A DNA stretch of 64,000 bases from an uncultured Butyricicoccus sp. (lineage in GTDB: Bacteria > Bacillota > Clostridia > Oscillospirales > Butyricicoccaceae): positions 786 through 64,785 of the forward strand of contig CAYLXH010000001.1 in NCBI GenBank assembly GCA_964387535.1. The letters are read 5' to 3'. The translations under genes and the position numbers were made by a program. A model generated the notes under the pieces. It had not been told where the DNA came from and ran no database searches. It saw nothing but the letters and a program-made list of their open reading frames with translations. Of this stretch, positions 30,400-39,982 are shown one piece after another (positions within the stretch are counted from its first letter, which is position 1; every line of letters begins with the position of its first letter).

Positions 30400-30987
30400 A
30401 TGGACCATTACACAGCCAGGCGGCCGTTGGACCGCAGACAACGAAAGTCCCGCGAGGCCATTCAGAATGCATTGCTGGAACTGCTTCGCACCAAACCCCT
30501 GGAACAGATCACCATCAGTGAACTCTCGATGAAAGCAGATGTCAACCGCAAGACATTTTACAATAATTATCACAACATTTCCGAAGTTCGAGATGAGTTG
30601 CACAACTACTATCTGGATCAGATCTTCGCTCTCATTCGGGAGAAGCGTCCTTCGATCGAGGCAAACGGCAGTCTGGAAGATTTTTTCTGCAGCTTCTGCC
30701 GCGGTCTCCGTGACAAGAAAGAACAGCTTCTGCTCATTCTGGACTGCGGAGAACATCTGAGTCTGGCAAACCGCTTGAAGGATGCTATCACTCCCTATTT
30801 ACAACAGAATCTGCCCGCCACCGGGCCGGGCGCCGCATTCCTTCCCTACTTCCTCGAGTTCATTATCAGTGGGCTCGCTTCCATTATCAATCTTTGGCTC
30901 CACGCGTCACCGACGATGAGTGATGAAGAATTTGCCCATCTCGCCGCGGCGCTGGTCCGCTCCACGATGAATAGCTTCGAACTATAA
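30400..30987 (+). CDS. TetR/AcrR family regulator
   Basis: DRRQRKSREAI, ITISELSMKADVNRKTFYNNY HTH; GGAGG RBS. Confidence 0.9.
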   Translation: MDHYTARRPLDRRQRKSREAIQNALLELLRTKPLEQITISELSMKADVNRKTFYNNYHNISEVRDELHNYYLDQIFALIREKRPSIEANGSLEDFFCSFCRGLRDKKEQLLLILDCGEHLSLANRLKDAITPYLQQNLPATGPGAAFLPYFLEFIISGLASIINLWLHASPTMSDEEFAHLAAALVRSTMNSFEL

Positions 30988-31101
30988 GATTCTGCGTCCG
31001 GGCAACTCGGTTCCACCGCGTCAGTCCGGTACAAACAGAATCCATTTCTCTATTCCGGCAGTCATTTCCCCCTGTCTGCCGGTGAAAGGAACACAAACAC
31101 T

Positions 31102-32871
31102 ATGGGCAAAATTATTGGAATTGACCTCGGCACCACCAACAGCTGTGTCGCGGTCGTCGAAGGTGGAAAGCCAACCGTGATCCCCAACCGAGAAGGCGCT
31201 CGCACCACACCTTCTGTCGTCGCATTTACCCCGGAATGGGAGCGCCTGGTCGGCAGCGCCGCCAAACGGCAGGCCTCCATTCATCCGGAATTGACAATCT
31301 CTTCGATCAAGCGAAAGATGGGCTCAGGGGAAACCGTCCAGCTCGGGCAGCGCGACTTTTACCCCCAGGAAATTTCGGCGATGATCCTATCCACGCTCAA
31401 ACAGGATGCAGAGGATTTTCTCGGTGAGCCAGTCACGCAGGCCGTCATCACCGTGCCCGCCTATTTCAACGATGCACAGCGACAGGCCACCCGCGACGCC
31501 GGTACCATCGCCGGATTGGATGTCTGCCGTGTGATCAATGAGCCGACCGCAGCAGCTCTGGCGTACGGTCTGGAAAACGAAGCGGAACAAAAAATTCTGG
31601 TTTATGACCTGGGCGGAGGTACGTTTGACGTCTCCATTATCCAGGTGGATCACGGTATGATCCAGGTTCTGGCCACCTGTGGTGACAACCATCTGGGCGG
31701 CGACGACTTTGATGCTCGTCTCGCCGATCATCTGACTGCACAGTTCCGCCAGACTACTGGCGTCAACATCAAACCCGATGCTGCGGCTATGCAGCGTATT
31801 TATGAGGCGGCAGAACAGGCAAAAAAGCAGCTGTCCGCCTCGCAGACGACCGAAGTTCGTCTTCCATTCCTTTCTGTCCGCCAAGGCGAACCGCTCCATC
31901 TTGAGACCACAATAACTCGTGCAGAATTTGACTCTCTGACCCACGATCTCGTCGAACGCACCGTTCAGCCAGTCGAAACCGCACTGCGCGACGCGCATCT
32001 CTCAGCGTCCGACCTGAGTCGCGTGCTGCTCGTCGGTGGTTCCACCCGCATTCCTGCCGTGCAGCGCCGGGTACGCCAGCTGACGGGACAGGAACCCAGC
32101 AAGTCACTCAATCCAGACGAATGCGTTGCCCTTGGTGCCGCTGCACAGGGAGGAAAGCTCGGCGGCGCACTGGTCGTAATGGAAAACGGCGACTCCAAGC
32201 AGTTCGGTACTGACCTGCTGTTGATGGATGTCACTCCCATGACGCTGTCGATTGAAACCGTCGGAGGAGTTGCGACTCATCTGATTGACCGAAATACTCC
32301 CATCCCTGCACACTATTCCCAAATTTTCACCACTGCCGGTCCCTTCCAGCGTTCTGTGGAAATTAAGGTACTGCAGGGAGAGCGTCCGCGGGCCCGGGAT
32401 AACAAACTACTCGGTACGTTCCGACTGTCCGGCGTCAAGCGATTGGGTGGCCGCCCACAGATCGAGGTCACGTTCGACATTGATGTCAACGGGATAGTTC
32501 AGGTCTCTGCCAAGGATCTTGCCACCGGGAAACAGCAATCCATTACCATTCAAGACAGCGGTAATCTGACCCCGGATGAAATCCAGCAGGCACGTCGGGA
32601 TGCTGAGCAGTATGCGGCATTTGAAGCACAAAAAAAGCGCAATCTGGAACTGCTCAACGAAGCAGAGTCTCTTCAGAACGCGGTCAAAGCTGGTCTCAAG
32701 ACGGAGGCCGGAAAGACATTGGACAAAGATGTCCGTCACTCCATTCAGGAGCACAGCAAGGTGCTGCATCATCTGACCAAACGGGCCAATCCCAACACAG
32801 GCGAGGTGGCTTATGATGCCATCCAGCAGGAAGTTACTCAGCTTCGCTTTGCCGCGCAGACCATTTTATAG
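31102..32871 (+). CDS. Hsp70/DnaK-family chaperone (paralogue outside the hrcA-grpE-dnaK-dnaJ operon)
   Basis: [52 protein letters not shown]. Confidence 0.93.
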   Translation: MGKIIGIDLGTTNSCVAVVEGGKPTVIPNREGARTTPSVVAFTPEWERLVGSAAKRQASIHPELTISSIKRKMGSGETVQLGQRDFYPQEISAMILSTLKQDAEDFLGEPVTQAVITVPAYFNDAQRQATRDAGTIAGLDVCRVINEPTAAALAYGLENEAEQKILVYDLGGGTFDVSIIQVDHGMIQVLATCGDNHLGGDDFDARLADHLTAQFRQTTGVNIKPDAAAMQRIYEAAEQAKKQLSASQTTEVRLPFLSVRQGEPLHLETTITRAEFDSLTHDLVERTVQPVETALRDAHLSASDLSRVLLVGGSTRIPAVQRRVRQLTGQEPSKSLNPDECVALGAAAQGGKLGGALVVMENGDSKQFGTDLLLMDVTPMTLSIETVGGVATHLIDRNTPIPAHYSQIFTTAGPFQRSVEIKVLQGERPRARDNKLLGTFRLSGVKRLGGRPQIEVTFDIDVNGIVQVSAKDLATGKQQSITIQDSGNLTPDEIQQARRDAEQYAAFEAQKKRNLELLNEAESLQNAVKAGLKTEAGKTLDKDVRHSIQEHSKVLHHLTKRANPNTGEVAYDAIQQEVTQLRFAAQTIL

Positions 32872-32911
32872 CACTGCAATCGTCTGGATACACAGGATTT
32901 CATAGGATTTC

Positions 32912-32938
32912 AAAAAAGACGGCTTCCGCCGTCTTTTT
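32912..32938. terminator. Terminator after the dnaK-like gene
   Basis: AAAAAGACGGC-ttcc-GCCGTCTTTTT. Confidence 0.8.
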
Positions 32939-32964
32939 CTTTTCCCCATCGTTCCAAAACACAC

Positions 32965-33008
32965 AACAGCGCGTACATTCAGATAGGGTTCTGAATGTAC
33001 GCGCTGTT
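32965..33008. terminator. Long hairpin, probable terminator of the convergent CbiET-like gene
   Basis: AACAGCGCGTACATTCAGA-tagggt-TCTGAATGTACGCGCTGTT. Confidence 0.6.
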
Positions 33009-33079
33009 CAGTATATCAGTTTCTGTGTATCATGCGGCTGACAGTGGCTGACCCAGCTGGCAGGTTCACACACCGGTGA

Positions 33080-33994
33080 TCAAACGGTTTCGCCCGTGAT
33101 AATCCACGGAGCCGGCTGTGCTTCAAAAATATTCTTGCTGTTGAGCTTGGAAATAGAAACCTGAGTAATCTCCGTGTTCTGAATACCATGTCTCTCAAAA
33201 ATCATAGGAATCTCGCAGAGCAGATTCATCTCCAACGTATATACCGTGAATTTCATCTTCGGATTGACTTTGAGCAAACTCTCAATCTCCCGCTCCAGCT
33301 TTTCCGTTGCCACGATAAACGCCTGCTGCGGAACCGGAAGCTGAATCAGCGTCTCCGCCTCGCAGTTGTCGATAATCTCCACGTTGTGCAGACCAAATTT
33401 CTCCACATTGTCCTCCATGGACTGACGATCATGCTTGTCGTACTCGACCGTAATGACCGTTCCTTCACTGGCAATCATGGCACATTCGACCGCAATGCTC
33501 TCACCACTGATAATGCAGATGGTCTCCTGCTCATCAATGTCCAGCATACTGATGATAATAGCACGGATCTCGCTGCCGACATAGCGCACGGAACCACGCG
33601 AAAACCGCTCATTGCGCAATCCAAACCGACGATGGCTGTGCGCATTGTCATTGATAATCAGGATCGCCGTTGGTTCCGAAATCTCCAGGTTGATGCACTC
33701 GCGCACAATGCTCGGCTCCGCGTCTCCTTCGGGCTCCAATCCCGGTTTGAACCAGACCTCACACTCGCCCAGTCCAGCCTGCCACATATCGTAGAACAGA
33801 TTCTTATTGTCCGCGCCGGCAAACACCAGAACGCGGCGGTTTGCTTCCACAGTGTGCAGGACATTCTTTTTCTTTTCCGTCGTATCAATAATCTGAACGC
33901 GCTCCAGATTCAAATCGGTTTTCTGAGAAAAATACTTCAGCCACGCAAGGATGCGATCATTGGTATAGATTGATGTATTGATGTGCTTTTCCAT
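33080..33994 (-). CDS. Degenerate CbiET-like (precorrin-6B methylase-like) protein
   Basis: GLRNERFSRG..SEIRA..SIAVE..N.EKFGLHN aligns to the CbiT half of the 16036..17238 product; the glycine-rich SAM motif is missing; AGGAGGGG RBS. Confidence 0.75.
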   Translation of the reverse strand: MEKHINTSIYTNDRILAWLKYFSQKTDLNLERVQIIDTTEKKKNVLHTVEANRRVLVFAGADNKNLFYDMWQAGLGECEVWFKPGLEPEGDAEPSIVRECINLEISEPTAILIINDNAHSHRRFGLRNERFSRGSVRYVGSEIRAIIISMLDIDEQETICIISGESIAVECAMIASEGTVITVEYDKHDRQSMEDNVEKFGLHNVEIIDNCEAETLIQLPVPQQAFIVATEKLEREIESLLKVNPKMKFTVYTLEMNLLCEIPMIFERHGIQNTEITQVSISKLNSKNIFEAQPAPWIITGETV

Positions 33995-34233
33995 ATAAGT
34001 TCCCCTCCTGTGGATGATCTTTATGAATATCATAGCACATTTTTAGCTAATTTGCAAAAACTCTGCAAAACTATTTTGTACTTTTTGTTATGTCTGCGCA
34101 CACGCTCTTACAAAATTTTTATTTTTCGCTCCATCTGTTTTAGAACAACAGTTGGTTTTTCTACTTTCTTCTGCTATAATAAACGTATTATTATCCTCCA
34201 GTCATAGCAGAGGATTCAAGAAGGAGTGTTACT

Positions 34234-35595
34234 ATGAAAGAATCACGCGGAAACTTCTCCGGCCGCCTTGGTTTTGTCCTCGCGGCAGCCGGTTCCGCTA
34301 TCGGCCTGGGTAACCTATGGCGGTTCCCCTATCTCGCGGCAAAATATGGTGGCGGCAGCTTCCTGCTTGTTTACCTGATTTTAGCTGTCACATTTGGTTT
34401 TTCTCTCCTCATCGCAGAGATTGCCATCGGACGCCGTACTGGCCTGAGCTGTCTGGGCGCCTTTTCCAAAGTTGACCGCCGTTTCGGAATTTCCGGAGTC
34501 ATTTCCGCTCTGGTTCCGACGCTCATTATGCCATACTATTGTGTCATCGGCGGTTGGATTATCAAGTATCTTGGCGTGTACTGCATCGGCCACGGGCAGG
34601 TTCAGGCATCTGCACAGGACGGCTATTTTACCGACTTTATCTCGTCCGCACAGGTGCCGATTATTCTGTTTATCATCTTCCTGACCGCCTGTGCGGTGAT
34701 TGTCTCTCTGGGCGTAGAGAAAGGTATCGAGGCTGTCAGCCGCATGCTGATGCCGATTCTTATCGTCTTGTCCATCATATTGGCCATCTACAGCTGCACC
34801 CGTCCAGGTGCATTGAGCGGCATTAAGTATTACATGGTTCCGAACTTCTCTGATTTCTCCGTTAAGACCATTCTTGCCGCAGTCGGACAGCTCTTCTTTT
34901 CCATGTCGCTTGCGATGGGTATTATGGTAACCTACGGCTCCTACATGCCGCGCTCCACGGATTTGGAAGGTTCTGTTACACAGATTGAATTTTTTGACAC
35001 CTTGATCGCCTTCCTCGCCGGTCTGATGATTATCCCGGCAGTATTTGCGTTCTCCGGCGGCGATGAAAGTGCACTGAGCGCTGGCCCGGGCCTCATGTTT
35101 ATCACGATGCCGAAGGTGTTTGCCGATATGACCTTTGGACGAATCTTCGGTCTGGTGTTCTTTTTCCTTGTACTGTGTGCGGCATTGACCTCCGCCATTT
35201 CCGTCATGGAAGCGGTTGTCTCCAGCATCTGCGACAAGCTTCACACATCCCGCCTCAAAGCCTGCCTCGGCTTCTATCTGTTCTGTGTCGTCATGGGTAT
35301 TCTGTGCTCACTGGGTTATGGTCCTCTGGCTACGGTTACTCTTCTTGGCATGCAGATTCTCGACTTCTTCGACTTCCTCACCAACAGCGTGCTGATGCCA
35401 ATTGGCGCGATCCTCACCTGCATTCTGGTCGGTTGGGTCGTTGGTACCAAGTATGTGGCCGATGAAGTTCGTCAGTCTTCCGAGTTCAAGCGTGAACCGG
35501 TATTCAACGTTATGATTAAATGGGTCACTCCGATTTGTCTGATTGCCATCTTGGCTACTTCTGTGCTCAGTGCATTCGGTATGTTCTCATTCTAA
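34234..35595 (+). CDS. Sodium-dependent transporter (NSS/SNF family)
   Basis: AAAGSAIGLGNLWRFPY, GQLFFSMSL, AGPGLMFIT, ALTSAIS. Confidence 0.95.
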   Translation: MKESRGNFSGRLGFVLAAAGSAIGLGNLWRFPYLAAKYGGGSFLLVYLILAVTFGFSLLIAEIAIGRRTGLSCLGAFSKVDRRFGISGVISALVPTLIMPYYCVIGGWIIKYLGVYCIGHGQVQASAQDGYFTDFISSAQVPIILFIIFLTACAVIVSLGVEKGIEAVSRMLMPILIVLSIILAIYSCTRPGALSGIKYYMVPNFSDFSVKTILAAVGQLFFSMSLAMGIMVTYGSYMPRSTDLEGSVTQIEFFDTLIAFLAGLMIIPAVFAFSGGDESALSAGPGLMFITMPKVFADMTFGRIFGLVFFFLVLCAALTSAISVMEAVVSSICDKLHTSRLKACLGFYLFCVVMGILCSLGYGPLATVTLLGMQILDFFDFLTNSVLMPIGAILTCILVGWVVGTKYVADEVRQSSEFKREPVFNVMIKWVTPICLIAILATSVLSAFGMFSF

Positions 35596-35616
35596 CTCAT
35601 TCCAAACGAATCTCTT

Positions 35617-35646
35617 CTGCCCCGTTGACTGTGGTCAACGGGGCAG
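35617..35646. terminator. Hairpin terminator after the NSS transporter
   Basis: CTGCCCCGTTGAC-tgtg-GTCAACGGGGCAG. Confidence 0.65.
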
Positions 35647-35727
35647 TTCTCATTGACAACATTCCTGCAATCTGATATTGTAATAAAAGAGTATATTTTA
35701 CTCCCAATGAAAGCAGGAGGGCAGTCT

Positions 35728-35892
35728 ATGAGCAGACCAAAGAAACAAAAAAAGACCGTACAGCAACGCAAGCAAGCAGCCGCACAACGTGCTGCACAAC
35801 AAAAACAGCGGGACGACCGCATCACTTATATCATGATCGGCGTTGTTGCCATCATTTTTGTCGCCTTTCTTGTTCGGATCGCTTTCTTTTAA
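35728..35892 (+). CDS. Small basic protein with a C-terminal transmembrane helix (54 aa)
   Basis: AGGAGG RBS, upstream TTGACA; K/R/Q-rich N-terminus plus a hydrophobic tail. Confidence 0.7.
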   Translation: MSRPKKQKKTVQQRKQAAAQRAAQQKQRDDRITYIMIGVVAIIFVAFLVRIAFF

Positions 35893-35931
35893 CTCGGTTA
35901 CACACCCTTGCTATGAAATGAGGAGGACGTT

Positions 35932-36243
35932 ATGCTGACTATTACACTTGAACAGATTCCCGGAAAACAGCTCCTGCCGCTCGGTCTGGTCCAGGGAAGT
36001 ACGATCCAGACCAAGAACATCGGCCGTGACATCACGCAGGGCCTAAAAACCCTTGTCGGCGGTGAGCTCGGAGCGTACACACAAATGATGGATGATGCCC
36101 GACAGATCGCACTGGAGCGGATGCAGAAGCAGGCGCAGGCCTTGGGCGCAGACGCCATCGTCGGTGTGCGCATCGCTACCTCATCCATCATGCAGGGCGC
36201 TGCGGAAGTAGTCGCCTATGGCACCGCCGTTCAGTTTATCTGA
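35932..36243 (+). CDS. YbjQ/UPF0145 family protein
   Basis: GLKTLVGGEL..YT, GADAIVGVR, EVVAYGTAV. Confidence 0.92.
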   Translation: MLTITLEQIPGKQLLPLGLVQGSTIQTKNIGRDITQGLKTLVGGELGAYTQMMDDARQIALERMQKQAQALGADAIVGVRIATSSIMQGAAEVVAYGTAVQFI

Positions 36244-36277
36244 CACCAAAACTAATACAGAAAAGTAGGTACAAATC

Positions 36278-36718
36278 ATGAAAAAATTTCTCTCTGAGTT
36301 TAAAGAATTTGCCCTTCGCGGAAACGTGATGGATCTGGCTATTGGCGTTATCATCGGCGCTGCATTCCAAAATATTGTCACTTCTCTGACGGACAACATC
36401 ATTTCTCCGATCCTCGGCCTGTTTGCACAGACGAATTTTGACAATCTGCAAGTAAATGTACTCGGTGATGTAACCATCAAGTATGGCATGTTCATCACCG
36501 CTGTCATTAACTTTCTTATCATGGCCATCATTCTGTTCAGTCTGATCAAGGCAATGAACAAACTGGCCAATCTCGGAAAAAAGGAGGAGGCTCCCGCCGC
36601 TCCCACTACCAAGACCTGTCCGTTCTGTCAGATGGAAATTCCGATCGGCGCCACTCGCTGTGGACACTGCACGTCCCAGTTGGAGGACGCTGTGCTGACA
36701 GACTCTGTGACTCCGTAA
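36278..36718 (+). CDS. mscL: Large-conductance mechanosensitive channel with C-terminal Zn ribbon
   Basis: EFKEFALRGNVMDLAIGVIIGAAF, YGMFITAVINFLI; tail CPFC..CGHC. Confidence 0.95.
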   Translation: MKKFLSEFKEFALRGNVMDLAIGVIIGAAFQNIVTSLTDNIISPILGLFAQTNFDNLQVNVLGDVTIKYGMFITAVINFLIMAIILFSLIKAMNKLANLGKKEEAPAAPTTKTCPFCQMEIPIGATRCGHCTSQLEDAVLTDSVTP

Positions 36719-36736
36719 TCATACCGCAGCAGTTTA

Positions 36737-36772
36737 AAAACCCGGTTTGCGCCGTGCGCAATCCGGGTTTTT
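36737..36772 (+). terminator. Terminator after mscL
   Basis: AAAACCCGG..TGCGC/GCGCA..CCGGGTTTTT. Confidence 0.75.
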
Positions 36773-36831
36773 TGAACCATTCAACAGTTTTTTGATTTTT
36801 GTCGTTTTGAATTTGTTTACAAACTACCCCC

Positions 36832-36890
36832 TTGCAATTTCCCTGTATTTGCGGTATACTACATTAGCACTCAATCACCGAGAGTGCTAA
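36832..36890 (+). promoter_or_regulatory. SigA promoter plus CIRCE operator of htpG
   Basis: TTGCAA-17-TATACT (36832-36860), then TTAGCACTC-N9-GAGTGCTAA (36864-36890). Confidence 0.93.
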
Positions 36891-36925
36891 ATTCCGATTT
36901 CTAAATTCAGAAAGGATCGATATAT

Positions 36926-38833
36926 ATGGCAAAACAGCAGTTTCAGGCCGAATCCAAGCGCCTGCTCGACATGATGATCAACTCGATCTACACCCACAAA
37001 GAAATTTTCCTGCGTGAGCTGATTTCCAATGCGAGCGATGCCGTGGACAAGCGCCATTTCCGTGCGCTGACTGATACGGCTCTGGTTCCGGAAGGCGGCT
37101 ACGAAATCCGCATCACGCCAAATGAAGAAGCACGCACGCTGACCATTGAGGACAACGGCATCGGCATGACACGGGATGAACTGGAAAACAATCTTGGTGT
37201 CATCGCACAGAGCGGTTCCCTGCAGTTCAAGAAAGAAAATGATTCCGCCGAAGATGTCGACATTATCGGCCAGTTCGGTGTCGGCTTCTACTCCGCCTTC
37301 ATGGTGGCATCCCATGTCACCGTAATTTCCCGTTCTGCAGACGACACGCAGGCCTATCGCTGGGATTCTGACGGAGCAGACGGCTTCGAAATCGTGCCGG
37401 CAGAAAAGGACGGCATTGGCACGCAGATTATCCTGACCATCAAGGAATCCTCTGACGACGACTCGTACGACGATTATCTGCAAACCTATGCGATCACCTC
37501 GCTGGTCAAAAAGTATTCGGATTACATCCGCTATCCGATCCGCATGGTGGTTCCTCACTCCAAGATGAAGCCCAAGCCGGAGGATGCCCCGGACGACTAC
37601 AAGCCGGAGTATGAGACCGTCTATGAGGACGAAACTTTGAACTCCATGGTTCCGCTGTGGAAGAAGTCCAAGGGCGACATCTCTGACGAGGAATACAATC
37701 AGTTCTACCGCGACAAATTCTTTGATTTCATGCCGCCGGCACACATCATTCACTCCAAGACCGAGGGCCTGAGCGCCTCGTACAACGCACTGCTGTTTAT
37801 TCCTCAGAATCCACCGTATGACTATTACAGCAAGGATTTCAAGAGAGGGCTTCAGCTTTATGCCTCCGGTGTCCTGATTATGGACAAGTGTGAAGATCTG
37901 ATTCCGGAATACTATTCCTTTGTCCGTGGTCTGGTGGACTCCCCGGACCTGTCTCTGAATATCTCCCGTGAAATCCTGCAGCACGACCGCCAGCTGAAGG
38001 CCATTGCCCTCAGCCTGGAAAAGAAGATTCATTCCGAACTGCTCAAGCTGATGAAGGACGACCGCGAGAAGTACGTCTCGATCTGGAAGAACTTCGGTCT
38101 GCGCATCAAGGTCGGCGCGTATGACGGCTATGGTGCCAACAAGGAAAAGCTGCGCGACCTGATGATGTTCTACTCTGCCAACGAGCAGAAATATATCACG
38201 CTTCAGGAGTACCGTGACAACATGCCGGAGGAGCAGGAGGAAATTTATTACGCTGCCGGTTCCAGCATTGAAACAATTGATAAGCTGCCGCAGGCTGAGG
38301 CAGTCCGTAAGCGCGGCTTCGATATTCTGTACCTGACGGATGACATCGACGAATTTGTCATCTCCCTACTGGAAAAGCACGATGAGAAGAAGTTCCGCTC
38401 CATCGCATCCGGTGATCTGGATCTGTCCACCGAGGACGAAAAGAAAGAAGCTGAAAAGAAGGCGGCAGATAACCGTCCGATGTTTGATCTGATGAAGGAA
38501 GCTCTCGACGGCAAGGTAAAGGATGTCCGTCTCTCCTCGCGCCTGGTCAGCAATCCGGTTTGCCTGACAACCGAAGGCAACCTTTCCATTGAGATGGAGA
38601 AAGTTCTGAACGCTCTGCCGGATCAGCGCGGTGTGAGTGCCGAAAAGATTCTCGAGCTGAACAGCTCTCATCCGATCTTCGATACCCTGTGCAAGCTCTA
38701 CAACGAAAATCAGGACAAACTCAAGCTGTACACCTCGTTGCTGTACACGCAGGCCTTGCTCATTGAGGGTATGCCGATCGACGATCCAGCTGCTTTCTCC
38801 AATGAAATCTGCAAACTCATGGCAGAATCATAA
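36926..38833 (+). CDS. htpG: Chaperone HtpG (Hsp90)
   Basis: IFLRELISNASDA, DNGIGM, IGQFGVGFYSAF, LNISREILQ. Confidence 0.98.
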   Translation: MAKQQFQAESKRLLDMMINSIYTHKEIFLRELISNASDAVDKRHFRALTDTALVPEGGYEIRITPNEEARTLTIEDNGIGMTRDELENNLGVIAQSGSLQFKKENDSAEDVDIIGQFGVGFYSAFMVASHVTVISRSADDTQAYRWDSDGADGFEIVPAEKDGIGTQIILTIKESSDDDSYDDYLQTYAITSLVKKYSDYIRYPIRMVVPHSKMKPKPEDAPDDYKPEYETVYEDETLNSMVPLWKKSKGDISDEEYNQFYRDKFFDFMPPAHIIHSKTEGLSASYNALLFIPQNPPYDYYSKDFKRGLQLYASGVLIMDKCEDLIPEYYSFVRGLVDSPDLSLNISREILQHDRQLKAIALSLEKKIHSELLKLMKDDREKYVSIWKNFGLRIKVGAYDGYGANKEKLRDLMMFYSANEQKYITLQEYRDNMPEEQEEIYYAAGSSIETIDKLPQAEAVRKRGFDILYLTDDIDEFVISLLEKHDEKKFRSIASGDLDLSTEDEKKEAEKKAADNRPMFDLMKEALDGKVKDVRLSSRLVSNPVCLTTEGNLSIEMEKVLNALPDQRGVSAEKILELNSSHPIFDTLCKLYNENQDKLKLYTSLLYTQALLIEGMPIDDPAAFSNEICKLMAES

Positions 38834-38850
38834 TTCCGCCACATTAGTCC

Positions 38851-38890
38851 AACCAGCCCGCCGGAGTGACCTCCCCGGCGGGCTGGTTTC
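38851..38890 (+). terminator. Terminator after htpG
   Basis: AACCAGCCCGCCGG..CCGGCGGGCTGGTT. Confidence 0.75.
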
Positions 38891-38989
38891 TCTGGTTCTC
38901 TCTGCGAACATTTTGCTAAAACACCTTGCACTTTTCCTGCTCCTGCTTTACTATATAGAGAGCAAAAATAAAAAAAGGATGTAATTCTC

Positions 38990-39841
38990 ATGACAATCAA
39001 AAACTCTGCCCGCTTTGGTGCTCTGATGATGCTGTGTGCATCACTGTGCTTTTCCACTGGCGGTATCCTGTGTAAATTTGTTCCCTGGTCCCCACTGACC
39101 ATTAACGGCGTGCGCAGCGTATTCAGTTTGCTCACCTTCGGACTATACCTCTTTTTGACACATCACCGACTGAAGTTCAACCTCACAGTCTTATTCGGCG
39201 CATTCAGTATGTTTGGTGTTTCCACGTTATTTGTCGTCGCCAACAAGCTGACCACGGCAGCCAACGCTATCATTCTGCAATATACCGCACCGGTCTGGAT
39301 CATTCTGTTTATGGCGCTGTTTTTTCATGTCCGCCCCAAAAAAATTGACCTGATTACTGCAGCCATCGTCATTGCCGGTATTGTCTGCTTCTTTCTGGAC
39401 AGTCTGGGCGCCGGCAACATGACCGGAAATCTGTGCGCTATTCTCGCCGGAATGTGTTATGCCATTGTGTTTATGCTCAACCAGTTTCCAAAAGGCGACA
39501 GCATCTCCTCCATCTTTTTCGGTCAGCTGATCGCAGCCGTCCTGCTGTCTCCCATGGTCGTGAACGAAACCAATTTTGAGCCCACGACACTGCTGGCCGT
39601 TACGCTGCTCGGTATTGTACAGATCGGCTGTGCCTATATCTTTTTCTCGCTCGGTACAAAATATATCCAGCCGATTACTGCGTCCCTCATCAACGGTCTC
39701 GAGCCGGTACTCAATCCGATCTGGGTTGCGCTGTTTTACGGCGAGCTGATTACCCCGCTGTCCTTGGTGGGCGCCGTCATCGTCATCGGTGCAATCGTTA
39801 TTTATAATGTCATCAACGCAAAACAATCTGCAACTGCCTGA
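38990..39841 (+). CDS. DMT/EamA family transporter
   Basis: TTAANAIILQYTAP, LEPVLNPIW..GE; multi-TM. Confidence 0.88.
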   Translation: MTIKNSARFGALMMLCASLCFSTGGILCKFVPWSPLTINGVRSVFSLLTFGLYLFLTHHRLKFNLTVLFGAFSMFGVSTLFVVANKLTTAANAIILQYTAPVWIILFMALFFHVRPKKIDLITAAIVIAGIVCFFLDSLGAGNMTGNLCAILAGMCYAIVFMLNQFPKGDSISSIFFGQLIAAVLLSPMVVNETNFEPTTLLAVTLLGIVQIGCAYIFFSLGTKYIQPITASLINGLEPVLNPIWVALFYGELITPLSLVGAVIVIGAIVIYNVINAKQSATA

Positions 39842-39982
39842 TCGTCATCACGCTGTGAGACCATTCTCACAGCGTTTTTCTTTTCCACAAGACACCTTGT
39901 CCCCCATCTCCATTCGTGCTATACTGTTAATAGATGGTATTTGTAACACGCTACTCGGTTGCCAAGGGAAGGACGGATTACT

